Part shown: one piece after another, positions 38,366 through 52,680 of the stretch
Position numbering within the stretch: the stretch's first letter is position 1
How the letters are laid out: every line of letters begins with the position of its first letter
Source: Octopus sinensis
Taxonomy: Eukaryota
DNA length: 64,000 nt
Assembly: GCF_006345805.1 (NCBI RefSeq)
Contig: NC_042997.1
Location: forward strand, 96,162,001-96,226,000
Direction of reading: 5' to 3'
Translations under genes and position numbers: made by a program
The notes under the pieces: generated by a model
Told to the model about the DNA's origin: nothing
The model's input: only the letters and a program-made list of their open reading frames with translations
The model's database searches: none

Positions 38366-38894
38366 TCAACACTATGCGTGCATAAATACATATATATATA
38401 TATATGCGTGTGTGTGTGTGTGTGTGTAGGTATGCATACATACATACATACATATGTTTATACCTATGAACACTGACGCACACAGATGCGCACAAACAAA
38501 CAACCAAAAAGAACGCAGCTCTGATAATAGAAGAAGAAAAGATTGAAAAAAGCAACGAAAATTTTATGAAAATATGAATATGTAAGTGGAAATCGAGTGT
38601 TAAATGATAAGGCACTAAAAGAGAATGACTCTTCCTAGACGCTATAAAATATGCTTCAACACACGAATTCATATAAAGAATCTTGCAAGTACAAAATGGA
38701 AATATATATATATATATAAGTTCAGCAAACTTTAGATTCAGATGAATATGGTACTTAAGGTAAAGGCACCAGAATTTGGTATGGTATTATCCATATAAAT
38801 CAAATGGGGTGGTTATAATCAAAATAAGCTACACTACCTTGGATATCCTTGTTGCTTATTTTGATATATATATATATATATATATATCATTGCT

Positions 38895-39080
38895 TGTTTC
38901 AGTCATTAGACTGCGGTCATACTGGGGCACCACCTTGAAGAATTTTTAGTCCAATGAATCGACCATAGTCCTTTTTATAAAAAAATAACCTAACTTTTAT
39001 TTCTATTGATCTCTCTTGACAAGCAGCTAAGTTACTGGGGCGTAAACACATCAACACCGGTTGCCAAGGGTGGTGGGAGA
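38895..39080 (-). mobile_element. 3' body of the CORE-type octopus SINE family
   Basis: Reverse complement similar to 59000-59165 and 50512-50690. Confidence 0.6.
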
Positions 39081-39109
39081 TAAGAACAGACACGCACACG
39101 TACACACAG

Positions 39110-39140
<31 letters not shown>

Positions 39141-40478
39141 AGAATATACATATATACAGCGAGCTTCTTTCAGTGTTTTATATATATATATATATATATA
39201 TATCTGTGTGTGTGTGCGTATGTATAAACATAGATATTCGTACATACAAAAATAGTAATAGTTGTGTGTATGTATATATTTGTTCTTGTAATACCCTTTT
39301 GTAAAGAGTGATTAAATTTTGTAACCACTCTACGAATGATGGTTATATTAGTTTCTCATTTTCATAACAGCAACAGAGAATGCGTAATTCATAATGAACC
39401 CCTATAAACTGTTTTATATTTTGTGCCTCACACTTTTATTTCTTTTCCTTTCGGCATCGTTTTCTTTTCCGATCGCCTTATTGTCACATAGCAACTTTTA
39501 TTTCGATCCTATACATATCAACGTTTAAAATATTTGACATTCTATGTTCTATTTCTGATTACCACTTTAACTATCATTTAATTTGTTGCAACTTCATTAA
39601 AAACCGCGTTTCCCACTTCTCACATTTACATTTTTGAATCGATTTCCTTCAACAACCATACAGCTGGTTTTTGTTTTGTATCTGTTTTTAATGTTTTTAT
39701 CGTTTTTTTTTTTACTTTTATCTGTCTTTTTTTACATTATTTATATGTGACTTAATGCAAATTTCTCATGAATAGATTTAGTTATTTCAATGCATCTTTG
39801 TTTTCTTTTACTAAATTAATTTTGCATACTCCCTTTGAAGATATGTTTCAAGATTAGATTTCTTTACATGGAAATCCGAAAGACAGAATATATTTTTTCC
39901 GTTTCTTCTCTCACATAAATTCATTTACGTCTGTCACATGTGGGGAGATAACGTTTTTAATTAAATTTATTTTGTTATTTTGATGGGCACCACTGAATCA
40001 AAGCGGGTGGGGGTGTAAACTAATGTCTGAAAGAAATGGAAGCATCTTTGCAGCCTCAATGTCAAAACTTGTAGCTAACGAAACAATGATAATCTTATAT
40101 TTTGCATATATATTACCTAGTTATATGAAAGTGCTGTAACATAGGTAATATTCTATTCAAGAGGTCTATTATTGTACAGTAAAAATTTAGCATCAAATCA
40201 GCCGAATTAACTTCTCAGAGGATAATATTGATTACACGTATTCCGCCGAACATTACTTGAAACGGAGGATATAATGCACAAAATAAAAGAAAAACAACAT
40301 ATTACATTTAGAGAATATTTCCCTTAGGACAAGTCGAAAATTAAGGCACAATCCGAGTGCTTCCCCAAAAGTCTTAATGCGGGAAGTTTTATTCATGTTC
40401 AGAACTCAACTACTTCCTTCATATGTTTGTTCTTACAATGAACGCATAAATTCGAAAAAATCGAGTACGTAAATAATG

Positions 40479-40535
<57 letters not shown>

Positions 40536-40589
40536 TAATAATAATAATGATGATGATGATGATGATAATAATAATAATAATAATGATGC

Positions 40590-40760
40590 TTTCTTTCTAT
40601 TAAAGGCACAAGTCTTGAAATCTTGGCAGAAGGTTGGCTAGTTGATTATATCTACTGCAGTGCTCAACACGTACTTATTTCATAGGCCCTGAATGGATGA
40701 AAGACAAAGTCGACCTCCGCAATATTTGAATTCAGAACGATATACCGCTAAGCATTTTCG
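40590..40760 (-). mobile_element. Degenerate OK-like SINE after (AAT)n
   Basis: gatgaaagacaaagtcgacctcc..tttgaattcagaacg..ccgctaagcattt. Confidence 0.65.
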
Positions 40761-43299
40761 TAAAAAGGTTATAGTTTTAATCATGTCAAGATCATTTTTT
40801 TTCGTTGAATTTCAATATTTTCTACACCGAGTACCATCATATTAACATGAAACATTCAGTCAAATCGGTAACCTAACATGACATTTTTCTCACTTCTGTC
40901 TACTATCTCACAGATGCTCAGGAACTAAAATGAAATTGTATGACATTCACAGGTACATTCTTTTCTAAAGCATTCCTTGTGTGAGAATAGTGACACAAAT
41001 ATGTTTAATTCTGTAAGAGCCTTGCAGAATCAGTATTGCATTTTAAAATTAATTTATCTCATTCTTCTCTATTTAGCGCAAAACCTCGCCTCAAGGTGAT
41101 ACTGTTAGAGGCAAACAGTATTTAGTGTTAAAATAAACATAGACTCAAAAATTCAAAATGTAAAGTGCTAAAGGAAATATAAAGAAGCATCATGTTTGAC
41201 TCTAACATTTCCAGTAACCCAGCCTACTAAATTGATATTTCGTCGTTTTGATAATATATTTATCTTTAACGATGCAATGTATGCTTTATTAAAAACAAAT
41301 AACCATGAGCAACCGGTTTAACACAGTTGTAAAGACGTAGTTCTAGAACCGAACCTAAGGAAACACTGCTATATTCTAATCAGGCAAAATGTGTTAACAT
41401 CTACTTACTAAAGAAGGATAGAAAGTTCCGGGGTAATTATTCCGATTTCTACACTCTCTAAATGCAGCAGATACCAGCTGTGCTTTTCCTCATTTGTAAG
41501 TCAATAAAACTTACCAATCCAGGTTGGATTAGAACATCTGATCCGGCACTTTATGTTCTGAGGGGACTACCTACAATAACACTGGTACCAAGCTGTATCG
41601 ATTTTGCGTTTGCCTTGGTGGCATAATGAATGTAGAATATCATGAGTGTGCAACTCAATTTTTTTCCCGCTCATCCCACCAAATCAGATCCTACACAGGA
41701 CTGCACCATGGGGAAGAGCATTGCAAATGAAAAAGCGTATCGTCATCAATGAGAAATGAGTGAGACATCAGAAAATCCTCCCGGGGTATCAACTGTATAC
41801 AACAAACTCAAGTGTTTCTTACTAACATGGGACACATTTATTTAACAAAATATCTACGAAGTTCATTTGACATAGGCAAGCTTACAGCCGACGTTCCTTT
41901 GCAGCAAGCAAACCATTCATCTTCAACTGAACAGAAATGAATATCTAAAACTGAGCGTGTGATGCATGGTTGTTCCCTGGTGCTTATCAGATTCATGAAT
42001 AGGCGTATTATATGTCATTTCAAGAAACATATATCTTAATCTTCTGATAGATACTCTGGATACACCTTTTATAGGATCCGTCTAACTTTGGAAAGTATGC
42101 TGCATAGAGTAATACATTTCTATTGCACTCTAAAATGTGTAAAGCATGAAAGATAAAAAGTGATAGGCAATGACTTGACTTTTCATCACAATTTACACGA
42201 ATGAATTGAAAATCGTTGAAATAAAATTTGAGACTAGCTGAAATTCTGGGTATTATTGCAAGGTCTGGAACACGGCTATAATGTAGTATATGGGAAGATC
42301 TTTCAGTACCAATGCCACAAAGTTATGTATCGTGAGCAATATGACAATTACTAAGTCATACACGAGAGTTGTAATTAGCTTACTCGTCTTAGATATTTAT
42401 GAATTTATTGCATTAACCTAGATCGATATCATGGGGAAATATGATACCCACATGCAGCACAAAATTAAACATCTGAATTGGTATTCGTGCAGGAGTTAAT
42501 GTGAACAGCTTTCGGAACAGATTTGCTACAGTAGAACTTGCAATTTTTCACTTTTGTGCATAACAGTGGAAACACTAAATAAAAAACAATTATCAGTTAC
42601 ATAAAGACTAAACTTTCATAACCCATATAAATCTCATAATGTACGAGGACAAATTAAGGCATACAATGGGACAACAAGTGAGTTTTTGATAGAATTATTT
42701 GAGTCACAAATCCGGAAAATAATGATATAACGAAGAGAACTACTCGAATTTTGAACTCAGTTACTGAAAGTAAAATAACAATTTTTGCCTTCTGAACTAA
42801 AGAAGTATTCTAACTTTATAAGTAGATCAAATTTTTTCGACAACAATAGTTTGTTTAACAGTACTTTGCAATTGAAAACTTGCATATCTGAGGACTCACA
42901 ATCTTATCTGGTGGCCGTTAGAGTTACAACTAATCTCTGTCTTGAAAGATGGAAGAACACCATCTGACCATATTTTCCAATGATTACTTTACAAGTATTG
43001 TAGCAAAATCATCAAGAAATTAAGCTGTACATTGTGTGTTTTCCACTAGCAAAAGCGAAAATACGCAAACCAGCTTTGCCGACATTAGTGCTGAAGATCT
43101 TGATGTTAGTAAACATAAAGAATAATAGATTGAGTAAATAAGCGCATTACTGCACCTGCTTCGCTGACAATGACGCATTGAAAAAAACTAGCTATGCAAT
43201 AAAAACTTATCCAACTGCCGCTGAATCAGTGACAAGTAGAGGAATGAATAATCATCTTTAAGCCATCTTACGAAACAAAGCAAGAACTATAAATATATA

Positions 43300-43520
43300 T
43301 AGAATGTAAACAACGAGTTAAATACGTAAACAACGAGAAAATGGAAAACAGGACAAGAAAATACAGGGAAAGAACCCTTCATCAGTTGTCGGCTGTCTAT
43401 CTACTCCTCATTTCGAGCGTTCAGTGTCAATATGAGTCTTCACAGACAGTTGCTCTCAGAGATTCTAAAATAAAATTTAGGATTTATGGAGGCTCAAAAT
43501 TTAGGATATATATGGAGACC
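43300..43520 (-). mobile_element. Penelope pLTR-like repeat with a hammerhead-shaped relic at 43352-43390
   Basis: Reverse complement gacaa-CTGATGA-aggg(ttcttt)ccct-gtattttc-ttgtc; GAAA is not retained. Confidence 0.45.
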
Positions 43521-44057
43521 AGAACGAGAGGAAAATAGTGAAATCTGGTAGGTACAATATTTGTTGGGAAAGAGAAAAGATAGAAGAGACAGAGCAATAG
43601 CACGTCCGTTCTTTTGAACATCCGTGCAGGAAAAGAAAGATGCTCACCTGAGTAAAAGAAAGATGGATGATGGCCACGTATGAGCAACGAGAGAGAGAGA
43701 GAGTGAGAAAAGATAAAGGGGGCGAGAGAGACAGATAGAAAATTGTGAAGAAGGGAGGGGGAGAAAAAGGAAATAAAGAAGGTTGGAAGAAGAAAACAGT
43801 ATAGAGTAGAGTCGATTCAAGTAAATAATATATAATATAATATACATACGTTTCTATACTCGTTTTGCAAGATTCCTGATGTGAATTCGTGTGAAGGAGT
43901 GACACAAAAAAGAAATAAGAAAGCAAAGGATCACTAATGAGGTCACAGAAGTGTGATGAAATAACTCAGACCGAAAAACAACTAATATGAAACAAATCTG
44001 AAGCAAGTGAACAAGAGATATATAGTACGTGTGGTTTTTATCCCCAAATGCAAATAT

Positions 44058-44096
<39 letters not shown>

Positions 44097-44106
44097 TATA
44101 TATATA

Positions 44107-44245
44107 TGGCTGTGTGGTAAGTAGCTTGCTTACCAACCACATGGTTCCGGGTTCAGTCCCACTGCGTGGCACCTTGGGCAAGTGTCTTCTACTGTAGCCT
44201 CGGGCCGACCAAATCCTTGTGAGTGGATTTGGCAGACGGAAACTG
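44107..44245 (+). mobile_element. tRNA-headed CORE-type SINE (octopus OR-like), 5' part
   Basis: ggctgtgtggtaag A-box-like, ggttcagtccc B-box-like, CORE-like accttgggcaagtgtcttc; within (TA)n. Confidence 0.8.
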
Positions 44246-44258
44246 AAAGAAGCCCGTC

Positions 44259-44292
<34 letters not shown>

Positions 44293-44608
44293 ATTGGTGA
44301 ATTGAAGAAATGGAGCTGAACGCAGATTGAACAGAAATCGTTTTATTTCATTCTACACGTGTTTCGAAAGGCACAAATTACCAAAATCCGATTGAATAAT
44401 GGGACCATATTGTGTCTTTCTCTTCAGGAAGAAAAAAGGAAATCCGTTAGAGAAACAAAAACAGAACAGGGGCGGAGCAAAAAACCAAATCGAACTATGC
44501 TCCTAAGAGCCCATGGCGAAACTCTGTTTACTGCTGTGATTTTTGCTACTAAGGTATCGGTTAACTTTTGATTAATCTACAACAAGATTATTCATCTTTC
44601 TATTTCAC

Positions 44609-44676
<68 letters not shown>

Positions 44677-44992
44677 GTATATGCATATATATATATATGT
44701 ATAAAAATATACACATATATATGTATATATACGTATATTATACACATGTGTGTGTGTGTGTGTGTGTGTGAGTTTCGAAAGTTGCTGCATCGTTTAAACT
44801 GTGTATTATTGAAATCGAGTGACACTATGAAGTGTCACAGATTTTCAATTAGCCAAATTAGGGTATGTATGTATACATATACAAACACGCTCATACAGGT
44901 ACTGACATACGCACTCTCATAAACACTCATCCCCGAGTGTGTGTATAGACAGACTTTTAGAGACAATCAAACAAACAGACATACAAGCCGGC

Positions 44993-45090
<98 letters not shown>

Positions 45091-46149
45091 GGTTATGTGT
45101 GAAAAACATGAAATAAGCTGTATTTCCCGCTATCAAAAAAGGGACGCACCAGAACAAAATAGGTTACTTCAGTGGCTTATTTAGTTGTTAAACCTATGTG
45201 GAGTAAACACTTAAAAATATTCCGTGACACATGTGAAATGATTTTAAACTCATACTTTTTTTTTATCTTGCGTGGATCATCAATAAAAATAAAACGTAAT
45301 AAAAGAATGTAATCTCGTAAATTTTAAACCACAATAAAAAAAATGCAATGCGGTTGAAATATTTTAATTTCAAATATCAAATAAAGGAAAGAAGATGAAT
45401 AAAAGAAAAACAATGAACGTGTTGTCCAGCCATTATTTTAACTAAGTTATTGTTTTTATAATTTATCCCTGTGGGCAAACCTCTCAATAGAGGTTTGCCC
45501 ACAGGCAATAGACGTTTTCTCAGCTTTTGTAGAATGACTGCATGACTAGGTTTTTGTTTTTATCCATTAAAAATACTTTCCGCAACCGTGCTTGTTAATA
45601 GTAAGTTCAGAATATGGTACAATCAGAACATATAAGGGTTAAGCAAACACATATCATTGAAAATCATACATATAAGCGCATTGCTGACCGTTTCTCATCA
45701 CTTGAAATTGCCTCCCTGCTAATGTTAATTAGTTAATATGGGTGTTAATATGATTTAAAATTAATGAACTTGCAGCAAACATTTTTTGTCTTAACGAATG
45801 AAATTGTTATGAAATTTTAGATTGATTATCAAAGTTTGAAAACTAAATTTTGAAGTCACATTACTTCGTAATGTTCAACTTTTACCTTTGCTATTTATAA
45901 TAGACTCTAAGGATATTAAGCTGAATTCAACCCTGATATAGTTTGAACATCTAATACTCCTTCATTCTCTGCAATTCTTTCTGAGAATCTAATTTTCTTT
46001 TATTTTGCATTCTCTCTCTGAGACTTGTATTCTGAATTAATATTATATTACATCTCCCTTTCAGTTGTTTTATTATAAGCTTGTTTGAATGAAGATTTGC
46101 TTTCATTTCGCATATCGTCTATGTCTTCCATTTGATACTTTGCTATACG

Positions 46150-46800
46150 TAGACTATTTATAAATTAATAGCTAATTAATAGAAATCGTTTTCTATATCT
46201 CAAGAATATAAGAACTAGGAATTTATAAGTAGTGTTCTAATATACGTAAGTGAACAGCTACGAGTAATCTTTTTTCCATTCATCACACATATTTCTTTGT
46301 TGTGTAATTACTAATGTGAATAAATCGTTAATACTCTTTCACCTTCTAACTTTCTGAACTCTATTCTATATCAACAAGTTTCGTTTAGAGTCAGTGCAGA
46401 AGCGTCAAATATTTTATCTCGTTGCGTTAATCTTGTTTTACATCGTAAGACTGACCCAAAACATACTTTGTGAATAGCCCTAAGATTTTGTTTACTGGGG
46501 GAAAATATTGACAAAATCTTCAACCCTTAGTCCAGCTAATGGGCTTCCATGTATAAATCTTTCCACTACACCCCCATGCACTGTTATGTATCGCAAGGAT
46601 AATGTAAATTTATATCAGTAATTTATGTCAAGTGTTCATAGTACAGATAGCAAGTCTTCATCGGCTCCATGACTAGCAGAGCAAATGTCATCTGTCCGCC
46701 ATATGAAAATAAATGTCCAAGTTCTGACATTTTGACTATTCTTTTACTCGGGTTCCATTTTACTTCGTGGAAACCAAAATAATTTCTTCACTTTCCTACA
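46150..46800 (-). pseudogene. Very decayed RTE-like LINE RT remnant
   Basis: Minus-strand RTDDIC..DEDLLSVL..LDIN..ITVHGGVVEDLY resembles YADD..EDLQ..L.IN..I.V.G..VE.F.YLG. Confidence 0.35.
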
Positions 46801-49499
46801 AATCTCACCGGTATTCCTTACTCGAAAAATAAAACCTATAATAAATGTCAGGTTTTTACGAGAATATTTTATAATAATTTGATCTACAATGGCTCTTACT
46901 TAAATATTGACATTTAAGTATCAAAATAGTTATTTCTTACAAGTACTCCCAGCCTAATTCCTCTTGCATTAAATGAAATATCTTCTTAGCAATAATATAT
47001 TCAGTAAATATCAATAAGTAGCCAGGTTACAGATAAAGCTTCGTAATCGAAAATATTAATAGGAGAACTAATACAGGTTTATATATAGCTGGCTATGAAT
47101 GCGTCCTGTCGGGCACATAGAGCAAGCTTAACAAGAGGTTTACAACAGCAGTGAGTTACTATTGCACATATATAATTGGAACAAAGTATATAAGCAAGAT
47201 GTATACGTAACACAAGGGAAGATCACTTTCATTGCAAGAAAATATCTTACAGGATATAAACAATGAAAGCATTTCAACATACATTGAAACTACATACAGT
47301 TTATAGTATAGGAGTATATATCAAGAGACTCTGAAGAGAACTGAATCACTCTAAATGTGAGAAAATTACAAGAAATAGCAGTGGAAGTTTGCAGTCATAT
47401 ATATCTAACCGTAGAATGTGCCAGTTGCTGGGAAACCAGATTTCCCTCTTTATTTGAAGAACGTTTCATATAACAAATGCAGTTTACCTCTAAATTTCTA
47501 ATGCAGAATTGTTTGTATGAATCTGAAATATTTTTGCTCTTCTTTTCTATTGCAAATGCAGAATTAATGACGTTGAAGGAGATTATGCTTGGCCAAATGA
47601 ATTCTGAGTGTGTAAATTCAGAAACTCTATTGAAGCTTGTTTTGGCGTACGGTTGAAAGAAGCAAGCTGTAAAGTAATGAGAGAAAAAGGAAGAGAGAGC
47701 AAGAGAGAAGAGAGAAAGAGAGAAAGAGAGAGAAACAGGTGGCAGGTGTTTTTGTCGTTGGCTAAGAATGACTGCATGTGGTATTGCAACAGACATGTTC
47801 TCAAGAACGTTAATATTACTTTTTCTTTTATTACAGCTGAACACGCTGTCCGTTAAAACAGTATCCAACTTTGCTTTTCCGCCAAATTTAATTCTGCGTT
47901 GGCAAAATTTTATGGATAGAAGGTGGTGACACTCCTGCGGATGCGTGAAAATTTTCGTGCCGGTAGGCCGCCTCAGTTCATGATAGTTACTAACGATTCT
48001 GCCTGCTCACCGCCTTGAAATGCTAAACGATATTGATATTGATAAATTATTTTCCCTTTCCGTTTTGGATCTGAGAATATTCAGTTAAAAAACTAATTTC
48101 GACTAAGATCTTCCGAATGAAAAATCGAGAGTTTAAAAAATTTTTTTTTATTCTCTCAGGTCTGTATGTGAAATCAATTCCGTACACTTTATATTTTTAA
48201 TCTCGGCGTATTTATAAACAATTCATCTAATCAATTTTTTCAAATCAGTATTTATGAACATATCAAAACATGTGAATAACATTCGAACATTTAAATTTAC
48301 CCTATATATATTCAGAATAATTGCATTTCCATAATCTGGGAAATTTGGTTTTAATGAAAAATTCCTACACCAATATTTCTTTTCAAAAATGCGGTGAGTT
48401 GGCTGAAACATTAGCACGCCCAGCGAAATGCTTAGCCGTATATCGTTTGCTTCATTTTACAATATACTGTATTCCATTATCTGTCATTTTCTTAACAATA
48501 TATAATGCTTCACATCACATTTAGTGCAGTGCATGTGCAGTTCAATGAACCTGATTGACCAACTAATAATCCAAGTAGTTGATAGCATTGAGAATTTGAG
48601 AATCAACCGAATAGAATGAAGACTGAAATAAGCCATTTCGCAGTAAAAATCTCATCGTAATGTGTGCAAACAGCCTAAAAGGGAAGTAGGGAGAGAGAAA
48701 GAAAGAGCAAAATGAGGGAAGGACGTTTGGAGACTGACGGAGCTGTATGCTTAATGATGATTAAAGCTAAGTTTTACATACATGGCTCTGCAGTTTGAAA
48801 ATCAAACTATTTCCCATAAGGAAATATTCAAAATTATTAAAATTTATATTTAAAGAATCTCGTTTAGAAATTTATTAATTACTATGACTAAAAGAAAATA
48901 TTTTCTTTTCATATATGGTTCAATCACCATACACAGCTCGGGAGATTTCCTCATTTTTTTGTCTTTCCTTCCACTCTCTGTCTCTCTTCAGACATATTAA
49001 CCCTATCCATTATGTCTACTATATTTAATCACAAGTGAACGCCAATAAGATATGAAATTTATAACAATAAATTAAATCAGCCAAACTGACATATACAAAA
49101 GGCTCTCAGTGATGTGTGACATTATGTATTGTTATTGAAAAGGGGAAATATTTCTACCTAGAGATTTCATTAATTTTGATTAGGTAGTATGACATGACCT
49201 TAATAAATGAGACTGCCTGCAGCAAATTACAGAAAAACTGCATTGAAGGACTAAAGTTGATGATAACAAGCAGTAGATTAGGTGGGATAATCTAATTTAA
49301 TATTTAAGTTCAAATGAGAAGTTGCAGCCATCAAATATGATATGTGGTTAGTACGTTTTGACATGTATTGACAAAGGGTTACACTTAGAAGCAAAAGTTA
49401 ATTGCCAGCAATTTCACAATCTTATAAGCATGAACAGAAATACAGTTAGAGTGGTGTGACGTTCAAATAGACATTCGGCTGGAAAAGAATTAAGAAGTG

Positions 49500-49755
49500 G
49501 CGGAGGAGGAGGAGGAGGAGGAGAAGAAGAAGAAGAAGAAGAAGAAAAAGAAGGAGGAGGAGGAGAGGGAGAAGGAGAAGAAGAAAAACAAGAAGAAGAA
49601 GAAGAAAACAAGAAGAAGAAGAACAACAACAACAACAAGAGGAGGAGGAGGAGAAGGAGAGGGAGAAGGAGAAGAAGAAGAAAAACAAGAAGAAGAAGAA
49701 GAAGAAGAAGAAGAAGAAGAAGAAGAAGAAGAAGAAGAGAAGAAGAAGAAGAGGA
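49500..49755. repeat. Compound polypurine (GAG/GAA/CAA)n microsatellite
   Basis: Seen directly; it accounts for the poly-E/K/S/L ORFs. Confidence 0.95.
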
Positions 49756-50511
49756 AACAATATCAACAACCAACCTCGTGGACGAGGAATTCCCGAAGTC
49801 TCGAGTCATCAGCTCATATTCATCTATAAACCGCAGGTTGCACTCTTTCTATAATCTTTCTATACGTTGCAGATCGCACGGTCTGGTGAGATCCGCGCAC
49901 GTTTAGACCCGGTGAGGTCCGTATGAATGTATGAATGTAAGTATTAAGCATGTGTGTATGTATGTATGAATGTATGTATGTATGTATGTATGTATGTATG
50001 TATGTATGTATGTATGTATGTATGTATGTTTATATGTATATTTAAGTATGTGCGTGTGTAACTGTGTCTTGACCGGCAGCCGCAATACAGATTAAACTAT
50101 ATAATAAGCGCATATCAATCACACTGTCACAAAGTTCTTAAATATTATTCGTTCTCTTTTGCTGCAGTCAGTTTCTTCTGCATTTTATTTATTATTCTAA
50201 ACTGTTCAAATGTGTGTGCAAGTGTGTTTGTGAGCGTCTGTGTGTGCAAGTATGTGTGCATAGGGCATTTTACCGTGTTGGTAAGATCAACAAAAAACGT
50301 ACACCATCTGGTGTGAGATAAATAATCTTAATAAACACAATATATATTTTATGAGCTACTATTAGTTTCTTCTGATGAAAACATATCTCATATCAGACGG
50401 CATTTTTTTAAGACGCCTAGTGTCTTCTTCGTCATATATAAGGCAGAAGTGACAGCGAAGCTTGATAATAACATTACAGAAAAAAAAAATGACCTACACC
50501 GGGCCTTATAC

Positions 50512-50875
50512 TTTTATTCTTTTATTTGTTTCAGTTACTTGACTGTGGCGATGCTAGAGCACCGCCTTTAGTCAAACACATCGACCTCAGGACTTAATTT
50601 TTGTTATTCTATGACTTATCCTATTGTTTTTTTCTGTTACGGGGATCTAAACATATCAAAATCGGTTGACAAGCGATGGTGAGGGACAGATACACACACA
50701 TAAATGTATATACGACGGGCTTCTTTCAGTTTCCTTCTGCCAAAACCACTCACAAGGCTTTGGTTGGCTCCCGAAGCCATAGCAGAAGACACTCGCCCAA
50801 TGCCACGTAGTGAGACTTAACCTAGGACCATGTGGTTCGTAAGCAAGGTACTTACCACACAGCCACTTCTGCGTC
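50512..50875 (-). mobile_element. Full bipartite CORE-type SINE (head+CORE, internal microsatellite, 3' body)
   Basis: 50710-50875 is the reverse complement of 44107-44245; 50512-50690 matches the body at 59000-59165. Confidence 0.75.
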
Positions 50876-50937
50876 TATACATACATACATACATACATAC
50901 ATACATACATACATAAATACACACACACACACACACA

Positions 50938-51069
<132 letters not shown>

Positions 51070-51616
51070 TTATGTAACAGACTTCGGCAAATATCCGTCA
51101 ATTTCATCAAGTCTGTCTCCATCGTAATACTGTTGCAAACATGTCCATACCATACACTCACGCATACACACACATACACAAACACACGCTATCTCTCTCT
51201 GTCTGTCCGTCTGTCTCTCTCTCTCTCACACACACAAATACATGCGGAAGCAAACAAACATACACACACATGTTAAGGTTATGTTTTGAGAGGATGAGAG
51301 CCTGAAACGTGTCCTTCCTCAAATATTACTCGACTTAATCAGTGTCATTTCCGTATAATTATGCGGAGTGTATAACTTCTGTCGCATGGAACTTAATTTA
51401 AATTATTATGTGCCGCTGTATGTCTGTTTGAGATTTCCTATCTCAATATAGTGGCGTCAAGTGAAACTCTAAATAACAAAATAATTGAGCAATAAACAAT
51501 ATAACTTGTTCAAAATATAAACTTGTTCAGCGGGGTCGACTGAATAGAAGGGTGAATCTGCCATCGACAGAGCATAATCTTATTAATGGATTTTACAGAT
51601 AAATGTACATAAACTA

Positions 51617-51659
<43 letters not shown>

Positions 51660-51957
51660 AGAGAGATTGAGAGAGAGAGAGAGAGGAAGGAGATTGACAG
51701 AAAAACACGACTGCCAAAAATATAAATTAAAGACAGCATCCTTTGGTCGGTGGTTGAGAGGGCAAACCTTTTCCCATAACAAAATAATGCGTATTATATT
51801 GTATGCCAACGACCAGATTCAAAAACCTTTGACTAATATTGATTTTAAATTTTGGCACGAAACGAGCAATTTCGGAGGTGGGAGTAATTCGATTACATGG
51901 ATCCCAGTGTATGTATTTTATCAAATCCAGAAAAGATGAAAACGATGTCCACCACAA

Positions 51958-52225
51958 TGGAATTTGAACTCAGGACGAAAAGACGGACAAAATACCTATT
52001 TCTTTACTACCCACAAGGGGCTAAACTCAGAGGAGACAAACAAGGACAGACAGACGGATTATTAAGTCGATTACATCGACCCCAGTGCATAACTGGTACT
52101 TAATTTATCGACCCCGAAAGGATAAAAGGCAAAGTCGACCTCGGCGGAATTTGAGCTCAGAACTTGGCGGCAGACGAAGTACTGCTAAGCATTTCGCTGG
52201 GCGTGCTAATGTTTCTGCCAGCTTT
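51958..52225 (-). mobile_element. OK-like SINE followed head-to-tail by a partial second unit
   Basis: Tail aaagaaata is joined to the internal restart ggtattt at 51996/51997. Confidence 0.8.
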
Positions 52226-52244
52226 CACTTTCCGTGCTCCTAAT

Positions 52245-52680
52245 GAACGGGCAGAATTGTTAGCACGCCGGGTAAAATGCCTAGCAATATCTTGTCCGTC
52301 ATCACGTTCTGATTTCAAATTCCGCCAAGGTTGTCTTTGCCTTTCATCCTAATGGGGTCGGTAACATAAGTACCAGTTGACTACTGGGGCCGATGTAATC
52401 GACTAGCCTTCTCCTGGAACTGTTGGCCTTGTGCAAAAATTTGAAACCAATACTACTCAATATATTGAAGGGTACGAGCTGGAAGAATCTTAAGCATTCC
52501 AAGTAACATGTTTAGCGGGATTTCGTCTGTCGCTACGTTTCTGAGTTCAAATTTTCCTGTGGTTGACCTTGCCTTTCACCTTTTCAGGGTTAATAAGTAC
52601 CAGCTGAACACTGAGGTTGATGTAATCGATTTACTTTCCCCGCGAAATTGTTGACCTTTTGCCAAAATTTGAAATAATAT
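52245..52680 (+). mobile_element. Two further degenerate OK-like SINE copies (52245-52455 and 52475-52680)
   Basis: Heads gggcagaattgttagcacgccggg and gagctggaagaatc; shared ctttcatcc..aagtaccag bodies and tgtgcaaaa(a)tttgaaa tails. Confidence 0.7.

Noticed and set aside
47395-47868. 157-aa minus-strand ORF
   Set aside because: No recognisable motif, crosses a CT-rich tract and has no supporting splice structure; plausible by chance
49801-49816. CTGATGA on the minus strand
   Set aside because: Followed by GAAT/aattcc rather than GAAA with no stem I; better explained by the 18S-like match
51284-51322. tttgag-aggatgagagcct-GAAACGTGTC-cttcctcaaa resembling the 3' half of a hammerhead
   Set aside because: The CUGANGA strand is absent, so it cannot be a ribozyme; at most a deleted relic
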